This document shows, piece by piece, positions 1 to 13,074 of a DNA stretch of 64,000 bases. Where the stretch lies: positions 54,064,001 to 54,128,000 of the forward strand of contig NC_043004.1 of NCBI RefSeq assembly GCF_006345805.1, written 5' to 3'. A program made the translations under genes and the position numbers. Positions within the stretch are counted from its first letter, which is position 1. Each line of letters begins with the position of its first letter. The notes beneath the pieces were generated by a model that saw nothing but the letters and a program-made list of their open reading frames with translations, ran no database searches and was not told the origin of the DNA. Source of the stretch: Octopus sinensis (Eukaryota).

Positions 1-1059
1 CCTGGCACGACCCGATGCATTCTACTCTTAAAAATGCTAGGTAAATTGTAATTGAAGAAATCCTATATTGTAGATTTCTATAAGATACAAAGGGAGGCAG
101 ATAAAATCTGCCTTTTATAATAAGAGATGCCATCCCTACTTATCTCCCACCAGTTTTTGAGACACTAAGAAGGGTCTCAAGCACTACATTTATTCCTAAC
201 TAAATTAAACAAATATGATTCCAGACAATACTTATTCCTCTTTAATAATACGCCGAGTGAAATATTTTGCGGTATTTCGTCCATCTTTAAATTCAAATTC
301 CGCTGCGGTCCACTTTGTCTTTTATTCTTTAGAGGTCGATAAAATAAGTACCAGTTGAGCACTGGGGTCAATTTAATAGAGTTACCCCTCCCCTAAAATT
401 GCTGAACATGTACCAAAAATTGAAACCAATAAGATAAATTCATATCAATAATATATTTGAAAACAGGAACCAAAATGTGCATAAGAATTCTAATTAATAT
501 AATCATGAACCCTAATTTCAAGGGTTGAATTAAAACAATTAACATCCTAATCAACTAGAATCTTAAATAAAAAAACGCATTATCAATCAAACTCATAACA
601 AAAAAGTAAGGCGGGGCAAAAAAACAAACACGAATGGTTGTTTTGATACTTTCGCATTTGAAATATATTTCTACTTGCGGAAGTCAGGGTCATTGTTCCA
701 TGCTAAATGCCATTGTTCCAGCTACATGTGTTGTGTTTGAGTCACACCGAGGTTATACTTGTCGGTCATCCTTTCAGGGTCCACAACTACAGTACCACCT
801 TAGTGTTGGGGCATTCTTCCACTCTCAAGATGCAATACAATGGTTGTTAAATCAGAGTAAGGTCTATGTTTGCCTCCGACATTATGGATATCTAAAGTAA
901 GTTGCGAATACTATAATGTTATTCTTAATTGCATATACACACACACACATACACACATATACACACACGAGTGTGGGTGTGAGGGTGTGTGTGTGTGTGA
1001 GAGAGAGTATGTATATGTGAATGTGTGTGTGTCTGTGTTTGTGTTTGTATCACGACCGA

Positions 1060-1242
1060 CATTGGATTCCTGTTAAGGAAAATATCTTGAAATCTTAACA
1101 ATTTTTCGATCACATGGAGGGATGATGTCCGTCTCCAGTTTGAGCTTTCCATTCAAAATAGAGACAAATATCATCCCTCCATGTGAACGGCTTGAAAAAT
1201 CGTTACGAAATTAAGATATTTTTTCTTAACATGAAACCAATG
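1060..1242. repeat. Imperfect inverted repeat (MITE-like), arms of about 70-80 bp
   Basis: CATTGG..TGTTAAG..TCACATGGAGGGATGAT is mirrored by ATCATCCCTCCATGTGA..CTTAACA..CCAATG. Confidence 0.7.
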
Positions 1243-1635
1243 GTAGACTTAATACACAAATAAAGAAAATTTATGCTCCAACACTCATTCTCATTGTTCA
1301 ACATTTACGTATATGTATATTTATATACAAATACAAAATGCGACAAGAACGCAAAACATCCGCACAGTTAGGGGATGCAAAAATGGGACAACGAATACAA
1401 AGAAAACAAGGATGGGTTATTCGAAGTTTTCTTTCCTCAGACAAGTACCAGATTATCTTCGCAATTTCGGCTGATTATACTTGAAATTGCTCTAATCTGG
1501 CCAGCTTCAATGAAAAACTAAGCTAAGAGCATTAGATTCCTTGGAAGAAAGCAACGAATGTATGCAAAAACAAGGACGAAAAAAACCGACAATGTATCAT
1601 ATCAAGACAGACGGGGATGAATGAATGAATGATGA

Positions 1636-1671
<36 letters not shown>

Positions 1672-1893
1672 TCGTAGAAGGAAACGGTTTGACAGTGATT
1701 TCACTATCTTTATAATGTGACGGCGGGCAAGTCCAAGTTTCGAAATCATGATCAACTTCTTGTAAGAATCAATGGATATATATTTTATAAAAATCTATTC
1801 AATAATCCTCGTGTTTAATGCTAAATTGATTTTATATATAAAGTTACATAAAACGAAACATTGGTATATTTGTGCGCGTGTGTGTTATGTATG

Positions 1894-1972
<79 letters not shown>

Positions 1973-2530
1973 ATGCTTATGTGTGCATGCCTGTGTGTGT
2001 TTTGCGTATGTGTATTTATGCATGTATAGATATTTCCATGTAGATGAAAATCCATAGTTATCATCGTATCTAGAATCCTCTTGGTTTATGTCTCGTCTAA
2101 AACATCTATATCTACATACCTATCTACATACCAACCAATCTATACATCTATCTTATATGCGTACATTATTTTAATCTTAAGAAATATACAATATTAAAAA
2201 CGAAAATTATTAGTTCATTTTTACTCTGTATTAAATATATATATTCGAAAAATATGCTCCATTATGTCTTTTAATTAAATATAAAGTATATTTATTTCCA
2301 ATATAAAGGTTACTGTACTATTTTTAAAAATTTAAAAATTTTTCTATAAACAATAGCAATTGTTGAAACTTTTACGATATTGTACTTGGAGAAAATAATA
2401 CCTAGTGTAGAATTTTCATAAAATGATAAAGAAACATTAATATATGACCAAATTTTAAATGACAGGAAAACATGCGACTGAAAATTGTACTCAATACGTA
2501 GATAGAGTAAGTTTAGTTAGATCTCTCAGT

Positions 2531-2586
<56 letters not shown>

Positions 2587-2959
2587 CATTTTAATTCTTC
2601 TGATTTATGACGCCCTTAAAAGCGACTGGTTGACCGAAAACTTGGACTTGAATGAATAAAATCACGCAAAACCTCTATTATTTATTTATTTATTTATCAT
2701 GTTTCTATTGTTACAACTCTCTCCATTATCACAGCACTTCATAGAATTAATTCATCGACTAGTGGAACATGTGGAAATTCCACAGAACGAAAAAGATTAA
2801 GAGAAGCTCTTCAAAAAAGAAAGGCTGACTTTTATTTTTATTTTCCTAAGATATTTCACTCCCATTCACACTAATATATTATATGATTTTAAAATTTTCC
2901 TCTGCTAACAACTTTATAAGTCTCTCTTTCTCTCAACTCCTTCGACAAACATTCTAACC

Positions 2960-3074
2960 TATTTCTTTACAACCCACAAGGGGCTAAACACAGAGAGGAC
3001 AAACAAGGACAGACGAAATACAGCTACGCATTTCACCCGGCGTGCTAACGTTTCTGCCAGCTCGCTGCCTTAAC
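2960..3074 (-). mobile_element. Internally deleted SINE family A copy with a 12-bp TSD
   Basis: Tail fused to head at CAGAC (3010-3014). AACATTCTAACC occurs at 2948-2959 and 3075-3086. Confidence 0.75.
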
Positions 3075-3599
3075 AACATTCTAACCATGTAACCCTCCAC
3101 TTCATGTCTTTAACACTTTTCTTTCTCTTCACCTGTCCCTCCCCACCCTACAGAACGTCATTAACACTTCTCTCACCGTCTTTTCTCTAGCTCTTCATAT
3201 CTCCCTTTAACAAACCACATGATGCATTTGGCCTAAGTCTATTATTATACTCCTCTCTTTCTTCTCTACTCACATTTCTCCGTTTCTCTCCGTTTCCACC
3301 TCTGTAACTTACTAAAGAATAACAGGCGAATGAGCATGAAGACTATATAGGTAGTTTATTGTTTTCAGTCATTAGATCACAGCCGTGCTGAGACTCCGCC
3401 TTTATAGATATGATTGGACAAACTGAGCCCAGTACCTCATGATTATTTCATCCGTGTCTTTTTGCAAGCAGTTTCGTTAGGAGGAATAGAGCAACGAAAC
3501 ACCGATTGTAAAGTGGTGGTAGTGGAGGATAAAAACGAAACCAAACCTAAAGTTAAATCCCCGTTAACTTCATTTCCCTGGGATCGTCCAGGCTGTCTG

Positions 3600-3730
3600 G
3601 TACCTAGTCGGCTCCGCTGACCACAGCATTCACTCCATTCCCCTACTGCTCCCGCCATTCTCCACGTTGCTCCAAACATATTCTTTAAATCATCTCCCCA
3701 CCTAATTGGAGGTCTTCCGAGTGGTCCCTT
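3600..3730 (-). pseudogene. RTE-like C-terminal fragment
   Basis: GRPPIRWGDDLK...WRMA motif typical of RTE ORF ends. Confidence 0.5.
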
Positions 3731-4123
3731 ATATATATATTTCTCCAGATCAGAAAGCCAATGCGCTCAGTGGATTGGAACAACATTAAATGAAGTTCCT
3801 CGCTGAAGAATACAACGCTCCGGTCATTCTAGAAAGCGTACCCACGATCTAGCGATCATGAGTGCAGCTGCTTGACCTCTAGGCTACTTTGCGCCTTCAC
3901 ACAGGCACAGCAATAAATTAGCAAGTGATATGTGAAAATGCATGCTGTATATGTGTAGGTTTTGTGTGCATGTGGATGCATTGGTGCATACATCCGTACA
4001 TACATACACAACACACATACATATACATACACATATATGCACACACATGCACACTAATACATACATATGTGTGTGTATATATATACATACACATTATATG
4101 TGAACAGATATGTATAGTAAGAT

Positions 4124-4169
<46 letters not shown>

Positions 4170-4170
4170 G

Positions 4171-4554
4171 TGACCTCGTGTGTACCGTTGGCGATTTTTT
4201 TCCCCCTGTCTTCCTTTCTCTGGATCTTTCCTTCTCCAGTAGTTTGTAATGTTTCACCGAAAAGGTGAATTACAAATGTCACTAAGTGTGACTAGGGTGT
4301 TAGGAAAGCACCTACACCGGTACTTCTAATCTTGATGCGCAAAATCATACACACTACTGACCTCGTGTGTACCGTTGGCGATTTTTTTCCTCTGTCTTCC
4401 CTTCTCTGGATCTTTCCTTCTCCTATGTTTCCGACGAAGAGCTCCGCTCGAAACGTTAAACACTCCTTCTTTCCTGAGCGTCCAATAAAACTATATTTGT
4501 TCCACGTCCTCGCGTTGTTGTGTTTTTTTGTGCTTTCTTGTTTGGATTAACTTT
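4171..4554 (+). mobile_element. Penelope-like non-autonomous repeat (partial tandem pseudo-LTR with a hammerhead-like motif)
   Basis: 4171-4237 is repeated at 4358-4423. A hammerhead-like fold lies at 4426-4462, followed by an AATAAA signal. Confidence 0.6.
4426..4462 (+). ncRNA. Minimal type I hammerhead-like motif, U4C core variant
   Basis: UGUUU-CCGACGA-A-GAGC(UCC)GCUC-GAA-ACGU-U-AAACA: stem I 5 bp, stem II 4 bp, palindromic stem III. Confidence 0.55.
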
Positions 4555-4653
4555 ATATACATACATACATACATACATACATACATACATACATACATAC
4601 ATACATACAGACAGACAGACAGACAGACATACATACATACATACATACATACA

Positions 4654-4685
<32 letters not shown>

Positions 4686-6448
4686 CGTGTGTGTGTGCTT
4701 GCGTGCGTCACATTGAGAACATATTGTCAATGTATATCAAGAATTTTAAGTAAAGTTATCAGGCATCAAACTCAAAACTTGTTGATTCTTCGTAACTCAG
4801 TAATGTAGCCATTTAACATGCTCGTTCTTCTTTTTTACATTTTATTTTGAGCTGCTATTTTTCTGAGTAATTTTTTTTTTATTTTGGAATCCTTACTGAT
4901 ATTCACCCTCACAGTATTTCATACTTAGAGTAAAAATCTTTATTTTTGATCGCTGCAAGTTGAGTCAAACTATTAAAATGCGATGAGGATTACTAGCACC
5001 AACTCTTTGACACTTTTTTCTCTCCCTGTTTAAATAAACGCTTGCCATTTTCATCTGTCTATTTGAACTAAAAGCAGAATAATCATGATAGCTTGAAACT
5101 AGAAAGGAATTAGCATATTCTGGTGACAATCACTTGGGTGCAGGCGATCAATTTAGCCGGGCCTTAATTGAAATGGCGACCAATTGAATGCTGACTAATT
5201 GAGATGGCAACATATTGTCCGCGACTGAAATAATCCACAATAATTTAATCGGTACAAAATTGCTCTGGCGTCATACGTACAAACACATACATACACACAA
5301 GCGTATAACCATATATGCATACATACGTATATACATACATGTGTGCATAAGTGTGTAAATTGTGCTTGTGTAAATAAATGTGTGTGTGTGTGAATTAAAT
5401 GCTCAAAGTAATACTAAAATAATCAAAGCCTAAACAAATGTTGATACGCCATTTTGACATTTTAATTGTAGCAATGTCTTAAACGTGTCAGTCTCAGTAG
5501 AAAAGGTTGGCCATGTTTTATAAAAAGTGATAAAGGATTTCCTTATGATATTAACGGATTCTTAAAATCAATTTACCATTCCATGTTAAAGCTGAACTAA
5601 AATTTTTCCAATATTGACAGGAATTCATCGGATTGGCTTTTAAATCGAAACGTATTAAAAACTATTTCAAGGTTTCAATAGAAAAACAATTTACCATAAA
5701 CATACATATACTCACACATAGGTACGTGCACACTATATACACATAAAAACACGCTCATACGCATTCTCACACACATACATACATGTATATACAAATATAT
5801 CGAACATATTAATGAAAATATTTCACGTAAACATACAAAAGAAAGAGCTGCAATCAGAACATTCCTCTCGCATGGCAATATTTTATAATGTATCTGCCGT
5901 AAGAAATGTGGAACAAGCGTTTTAGAACTTGACTTGTCTATAGAGGAAATATGCTCCATTAATGTTTAAGCTCATAACGTCCTGACATTAGCGGTAACTT
6001 CCGCAAAAATAACGATATTGACGTTTTTTTTCCTGTGTCATTACAGCAGAGATACACTTTGAATGATGTATTACAATATATATTGCTTGCTCTTTTTGCT
6101 AAACAAAACAAGTAAAAATACATTTATCGACGGTCGGCACGAAGGTGAAAAGGAGAGCAAGCTTCGACTCGTTGGTGAATTCCTGTTGCAGTACTCACCG
6201 ATCGCCCTCCATTGCGCTCCATAACTGCCGAATAGAAATACATCAAGACCAGGAAGAAAGACACGATGCCTAAGATATCATTGTTTTGTTTTATTTCCCG
6301 AAATCTTGGAAAATATACTTACCTTAACCCCAAAAGCAGCATACTATGAATCCTTGACCATTACATCAGTCAACGTTTCAAAGATTACACTTTTGAAATC
6401 CAGGATCAGGTGATACTTACAGGACCCGTGTTTAACAAAAGAAAGAAT

Positions 6449-7234
6449 GAAGTCCTTAAACCCCCAATATATTCCCTTGAATATCGATATGTAACATTTC
6501 TGCGGAAGATGTTGCACATGTGACTAGCAGCTGTTTAAATTGTCAATGAATATCATTATCTTCGATCGTGTTATGATGTTGTCATTGAAGCAACAGGTTA
6601 TGTACCAATCCGCATGTATCGAAGTGTAACTTCAATACAGGCGAATACTGCACAAATAGTCCCTATTTCTGTGAAATTCGTCTTGTGTGTCGTTTCGAGA
6701 TTAATAATACTCACCACAAATGCAGAAAATATTTCTCTGTTGAATATACTTGAACAAAAAATAAGACTTGATTCACAAAATGGTTGGGGATGCATGTAAA
6801 ACATACATTTGACAACTATGAAAATTATGTGGAAAAACACCAACCATGTGACCTATATCATAAGGAGACATCCGAAAATGTCGACGTGATCTGATTATGA
6901 GGTGTGATGAGGTGTGATGAAATGGTCAAAAGACATTGCAATTCATAGAAAGTTTAGTCTTGAAGATAAGAATATATAGGAATATACAGTAATGTGAAGG
7001 GTACAGATAACTAGGCATCACTTAAAAGAATACTTATGAATATTTTCTGTCGGCCTCTCTGTAAAATGGGTACCGTAGATCAAACATGATGATTTGGGAG
7101 CAATAAATGTACGTAACCACATCGGTAGATAGTGAATATTGAACAGATTTCAAAATGTTGCCAACTCGATAGAATAAGCGAAACATCTAGAGCGAATTAA
7201 AGAAATCAGGAGATATTGGGGGTTTAAGGACTTC
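6449..7234 (-). mobile_element. DNA transposon remnant with 22-bp inverted repeats, possibly Chapaev3-like
   Basis: GAAGTCCTTAAACCCCCAATAT at 6449-6470, reverse complement at 7213-7234. Frameshifted minus-strand peptide NIFCICGEYY/..TNFTEI.. resembles the N-terminal FCYICG motif of Chapaev-type transposases (from recall, not searched). Confidence 0.45.
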
Positions 7235-7603
7235 TGTAATTGTTGATTTTATCTACCTTTATTGGTGGAAGTAATTCGAATTCGCTCAGTATCAATTTTG
7301 AGAAACTCAGTATCAGGAAACCACAAAGAAGTAGACTAATTAGAATGTTATAATGACGAACCATAAGTGGAATTATAACTTACATGTAAACGTTAAAATA
7401 TAGCTGTAATATACACATACGGATATGTACAGATAGGACACATACGAACACATATGTACAGTTTCATAAGATATAAAGCTTATATATGTATGTCTGTGTA
7501 TGTATAAGTATGTATGTGTATGTATATGTAGGAAAATATATGTATATATATATATGTATGTGTGTATTTATATATATTATATATTCTTTTATTCTTTTAT
7601 TTA

Positions 7604-7797
7604 TTTCATTCATTTGACTGCGGCCATCCTGGAGCACCGCCTTTAGTCGAGAAAATAGACCACAGAACATATTCTTTGTAAGCCTAGTACTTATTTTATC
7701 GTTCTCTTTTGCCGAACCACCATCAGTTATCGAGCGATGATGGGGGGACGAACACAGGCACAGAAACATATACTCACATACATATGTATATATACAT

Positions 7798-7859
<62 letters not shown>

Positions 7860-8307
7860 TAATATATATATATATATATATAAGACGAGCTTCTTTCAGT
7901 TTCCGTCTGCCAAATCCACTCACAAGACTTTGGTCGGTCCGAGGCTATAAAAGCTTAAAGTAAAAATATATTGCTTACTGCTATCATCATCATCAGTATT
8001 ACCACTGCTGCTGATAGAAGTATGTAATGCTTTTTACTTTAATCTCGAAACTTGGTCATGTGCATGGTTAACCGTAAGTTTGATTCACTACCTTTCTTTT
8101 GCTTGCCTACAACTTAGTGTGTTATTGTCGGAGAGGCCTGCATCAACTGCCTGGAGGCACTTGATGCAGGCCCCTGCGTTGAATGTGAGGCTACGTGGGA
8201 AGATGAATGGAGGCTATAAAAGAAGACACTTGCCCAAGGTCCCACGCAGTAGGACTAAACCCGGAACCGCGTGGCTGGTAAGCAAACTACCTACCACACA
8301 GCCGCTC

Positions 8308-8310
<3 letters not shown>
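7604..8310 (-). mobile_element. SINE family C copy carrying a 264-bp foreign insertion
   Basis: Tail 7604-7760, (TA)n, and a head split at 7941-8222. Confidence 0.8.
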
Positions 8311-8363
<53 letters not shown>

Positions 8364-8389
8364 ATATATATATATATAATATATATATA

Positions 8390-8440
<51 letters not shown>

Positions 8441-8455
8441 TATATATGTATATAT

Positions 8456-8782
8456 AAAGTTAATCCAAACAAGAAAACACAAAAAAAACACAACAACGCG
8501 AGGACGTGGTACAAATAAAGTATTATTGGACGCTCAGGAAAGAAGGAAAGAAGGAGGGTTTAACGTTTCGAACGGAGCTCTTCGTCGGAAACATAGGAGA
8601 AGGAAAGATCCAGAGAAGGGAAGACAGAGGAAAAAAATCGCCAACGGTACACACGAGGTCAGTAGTGTGTATGATTTTGCGCATCAAGATTAGAAGTACC
8701 GGTGTAGGTGCTTTCCTAACAACCTAGTCACACTTAGTGACATTTGTAATTCACCTTTTCGGTGAAACACTACAAACTACTG
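8456..8782 (-). mobile_element. Inverted second copy of the Penelope-like repeat at 4237-4554
   Basis: Near-identical reverse complement with a few indels. Confidence 0.75.
8558..8592 (-). ncRNA. Second copy of the U4C hammerhead-like motif
   Basis: GUUU-CCGACGA-A-GAGC(UCC)GUUC-GAA-ACGU-U-AAAC; the stem II change is a G-U wobble. Confidence 0.5.
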
Positions 8783-9086
8783 TTTATATTAATTTCATAT
8801 ATATATATATATATATATTAGCGCTTCGCTAAATCATCCCAATATTTGGATGACGAAAGCATAAATACTAACGGTGAAGCGAATCCGGAAAGAGCTGAAC
8901 CATCGAGCGGTCTTAACTGATGAGGCAACGGAAATTGACGGAACTGACACTTCGGACATTTATGGTCCCTGTTAGTGTATATATTTTCATTCATGTGCGT
9001 TGACTAAAGCATTAGAGCGGCTTAGCTCTTCTTCTGGCAATGTAGTGATTCCTAGCATCCTAGTCCCATTTAGCGGCATTTATATA

Positions 9087-9490
9087 CAGAGTGCACTCCG
9101 TAAATTGTCGCAAATTTATATTTCTAATTTTGCGTATTCAATTGTTTGTTTTTGATTTTTTTGTCGACTACACAGCATAACAGGGTATATTGGGCACCGT
9201 CTGTGAGAAGACTGCACCATACTGCAATTCACTCTGCTAGAAATTAGGAAACGACATTTGTACTGCTTGGCATTCGTGCAGGAAGCTCCAACAGAAACAT
9301 TTCAGAGTGTTTGGGTGTCAATCTGAGGAAAGTGCAATCTTGGGACATGTACAGAGACTAATTAAAATCAAACATCCAGTCAGTATCATGGTGCTTGGCG
9401 TGATCATTAGTGGTAGCAACGTTATGCCTCCATTCATCTTCCCACGTAGCCTCACATTCAACGCAGGGGCCTGCATCAAGTGCCTCCAGG
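9087..9490 (+). pseudogene. Tc1/mariner (DD37D/maT-like) left end and transposase fragment
   Basis: TA-CAGAGTG terminus. The peptide KHPVSIMVLGVIISGSNVMPPFIFP resembles the KHPASVMVWG..MPP motif. Confidence 0.65.
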
Positions 9491-9947
9491 CAGTTGATGC
9501 AGGCCTCTCCGACAATAACACACTAAGTTGTAGGCAAGCAAAAGAAAGGTAGTGAATCAAACTTACGGTTAACCATGCACATGACCAAGTTTCGAGATTA
9601 AAGTAAAAAGCATTACATACTTCTATCAGCAGCAGTGGTAATACTGATGATGATGATAGCAGTAAGCAATATATTTTTACTTTAAGCTTGAAACAGTATG
9701 TTGTACACGGTTAGCCATAAGTTTGATTCACTACCTTTCTGTTGGTTGCCTACAACTTAATGTGTTATTCTCGGAAATTTAAGGTGGTTATAGTGTCTTC
9801 TGGCGTCTATTTTTACAATGCGTGGTGAGGAGTATAGCCAATCCTTTGTTACAATTATGTATATAATTATAAATTTACCTATGATGTTTTTTTTTTATTT
9901 TTGCACTGACCACCTGGTTATATCATTAATGATTTTTACCCTTTATT

Positions 9948-10079
<132 letters not shown>

Positions 10080-10811
10080 CATATATGTATGTATGTATGT
10101 ATGTGTGTATGTATGTATCTATTTATGTACATATGTATGTATGTATAAAACTCCCAGAGACAAGTATCAATGTAAATATATGCTTGAACCATAAAGATCT
10201 ACAACTGAAAATCCAAACAATTATTGGTTTTGTCAAAAGATATATGTAGATGTTAATTCACTTTTTCTTTCGTATACGTAAGACTGGAAATTAAATCAGG
10301 ATAGATCTACCATACTTGCACACAAGCAGGAGTGCATACACAAAAATGTACACGTACAAATACGTTTAAATAACTACGTTTGACCTAAAATGTCTCCTGA
10401 CAGTAAATCAAAATTCCATCATTATTGTCTTTATTCTGTGTTGACTCGAATGGAAAAATGTGTCGCTCCAGGAATTCAGTTTAAACAATTTTCATAATGT
10501 TTCATATTTAAATGTTTTTATTAAATTCATTCAGTTGTTAAACATAAATATATCTAGGAATTCAATGGTTTTGATTTACTGTCAAGTGACTTTAGGCCAA
10601 CCCTGTATACATATGTATATAAGAAAATATTTCTTTATCTTAACTGAAGCCTTCACTCCACAAAGACATTTTGTCATGTGCCAGGCAAAATCGCTATTAC
10701 ACTGCACCTACATCGTAAACACTAAGACTTCGCACATGGAATTCATATAAAAAGCTGCGAAAACAATTAAAACAGTTGTTTCGTGGCGCCAGTCCGAAAT
10801 ATCCCTCGTTA

Positions 10812-11008
10812 TCTACATACACACATACATACACACATACACACACACATACATACATACATACATACACACATACACACACACATACATACATACATAC
10901 ATACATACATACACACACACATACATACATACACACATACATACACACATACATACATACACATATACATACATACACACACACAAACATACATACATAC
11001 ATACATAT

Positions 11009-11041
<33 letters not shown>

Positions 11042-11144
11042 TACATACATACATACATACACACATACATACACACATACATACATGCATACACACATAC
11101 ACACACATACATACATACATACATACACACACACATACATACAT

Positions 11145-11175
<31 letters not shown>

Positions 11176-11249
11176 TACATAATACATACACACACACACG
11201 CATACATACATACATACATACATACACACACACACAAACATACATGCAT

Positions 11250-11280
<31 letters not shown>

Positions 11281-11395
11281 TACATAATACATACATACAC
11301 ACACACACGCATACATACATACATGCATACATACATACATACATACATACATACATACATACATACATACAACATACATACATACATACTCACAT
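10812..11395. repeat. Compound (ACAT)n/(AC)n microsatellite
   Basis: Directly visible. Confidence 0.97.
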
Positions 11396-11526
11396 ACAAA
11401 AATACAGACGAAATACAGCTAAGCACTTTGCCCGGCGTGCTAACGCTTCTGCCAGCTCGCCGCCTTAAAATGCACATTTATCATGTATTTATATGTGTGT
11501 GTATGTGTGTGCGTGTGTGTGTGTGT

Positions 11527-11575
<49 letters not shown>

Positions 11576-11689
11576 AATGGACACAACGCACCACTCGGAC
11601 TATCGATCCAAACTGTGATCTACCGATCTAGCTATCATGGACATGCATACATTCACACAAAAATATTAATTTCACCATGCACTTAGCAC

Positions 11690-11898
11690 TGGTTTATCTT
11701 CTGAATGATGCCACCCTATAGCTAGGCAAACATGCCAGCTTTCCCGCTGGTGGTAAGACTGGTCAGTCACAAGGTTAGCCATTTATATTGGAGTGGAAGT
11801 GTTGTGATCAAGAAAACAATAATCCGCTCGGACCGGCAACCGAACCCACGATCGCAAATCGTGAGCTTCACACCCTAACCGCTAGACCACACGCCTTG
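11690..11898 (-). mobile_element. Degenerate tRNA-headed SINE
   Basis: The minus strand reads AAGGCGTGTGGTCTAGCGGTTAGGG...GGGTTCGGTTGCC. Related heads lie at about 19947-20040 (+) and 31585-31700 (+). Confidence 0.55.
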
Positions 11899-12828
11899 AA
11901 ATACACCCAAAACACACACACACACATACACATATATAAATACGTACGTTTATACATAAATATGTGTATTTTGTTCTATACATATACACCTGCGCACACA
12001 TAAATAAATGTTAGCAAATATGTGTATATATATATATGTGTACATGTGTCTTTGTCTGTGCGCGTGTATATATTTGTATGTGTGTGTGTGAGAGAGTGAA
12101 AGAGAAAGAGAGAGTGAGAGAGAGAGAGAGAATATGTCTGCATCTGTGTATGATCTGGGGAGGTATGTATATGCATACTCAACAAAAGAAAGCTGAAAAG
12201 TGATTTGGCGTTCATGCCTTTTTTTTCTCCATCTGATAATGCGATGTTTATCTTCAGCGATAGAAAGTGAAAACATATGAAACAAGCATGCGCACATACG
12301 CACAGCAAATATACCCACATACACGCTCGCACACATTAAATATACCTGCATACATGGGCACACACACACATACACACACACACACAGACACACACACAGA
12401 CGCACACACGTACACACATTTATGTGCGTATGTGTATACGTATTTTTATATATGTGTGGGTCTGGTTATGTGTGTGAGTATGTGCGACAGCCATCTTTCT
12501 GTGAGTGTTTATCAAACGGTTGCAGGATGAAGGGATGGAGGACAACAAAAGTAGTCTCAAGTGAAATTCCCCTAAAACTGATTAAAACTGTCAATTGCCA
12601 AATAGATGGCATGATTAAGTTGTATTGATTGTTGTGCTATTGATTGCATCGATGAATGGGTTGCGAAGGTTGTGTACCATCTAATTGTGGTGGTATTAGT
12701 AGTGGAGGTAACAGAGGCGCTGCTAGTGGCGGTGTCGGGGTTTATGTTGGTGGTAGCGATGATAAACGAAGAAATGTACAGACTGAATGCTGCTATATAT
12801 AGCTATATATATATATATATATATATGC

Positions 12829-12900
<72 letters not shown>

Positions 12901-13021
12901 CTGTGTGTATACGTGAGGAGACGTGTGTAGGTAGCGATGTATATTCATTGTGTATTTGAGAGAAGGTGTATATATTTTGGGATGTGAAAGTCTTTGTGGA
13001 TGCGCATAAAACGTGCGTGTG

Positions 13022-13074
<53 letters not shown>

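Noticed and set aside
1400-1560. Possible hammerhead on the minus strand of a repeat
   Set aside because: The core is degenerate and stem III and the cleavage triplet cannot be formed; at most a decayed remnant.
8917-8934. CTGATGA...GAAA hammerhead-like core
   Set aside because: No convincing stem II, stem III or stem I pairing.
10697-11631. Long ORFs (188-282 aa) of HTYI/MYVC type; similar ORFs at 47-48.6 kb and 60.6-61.6 kb
   Set aside because: Stop-free translations of (ACAT)n, (AC)n and (TA)n microsatellites, open in several frames at once.
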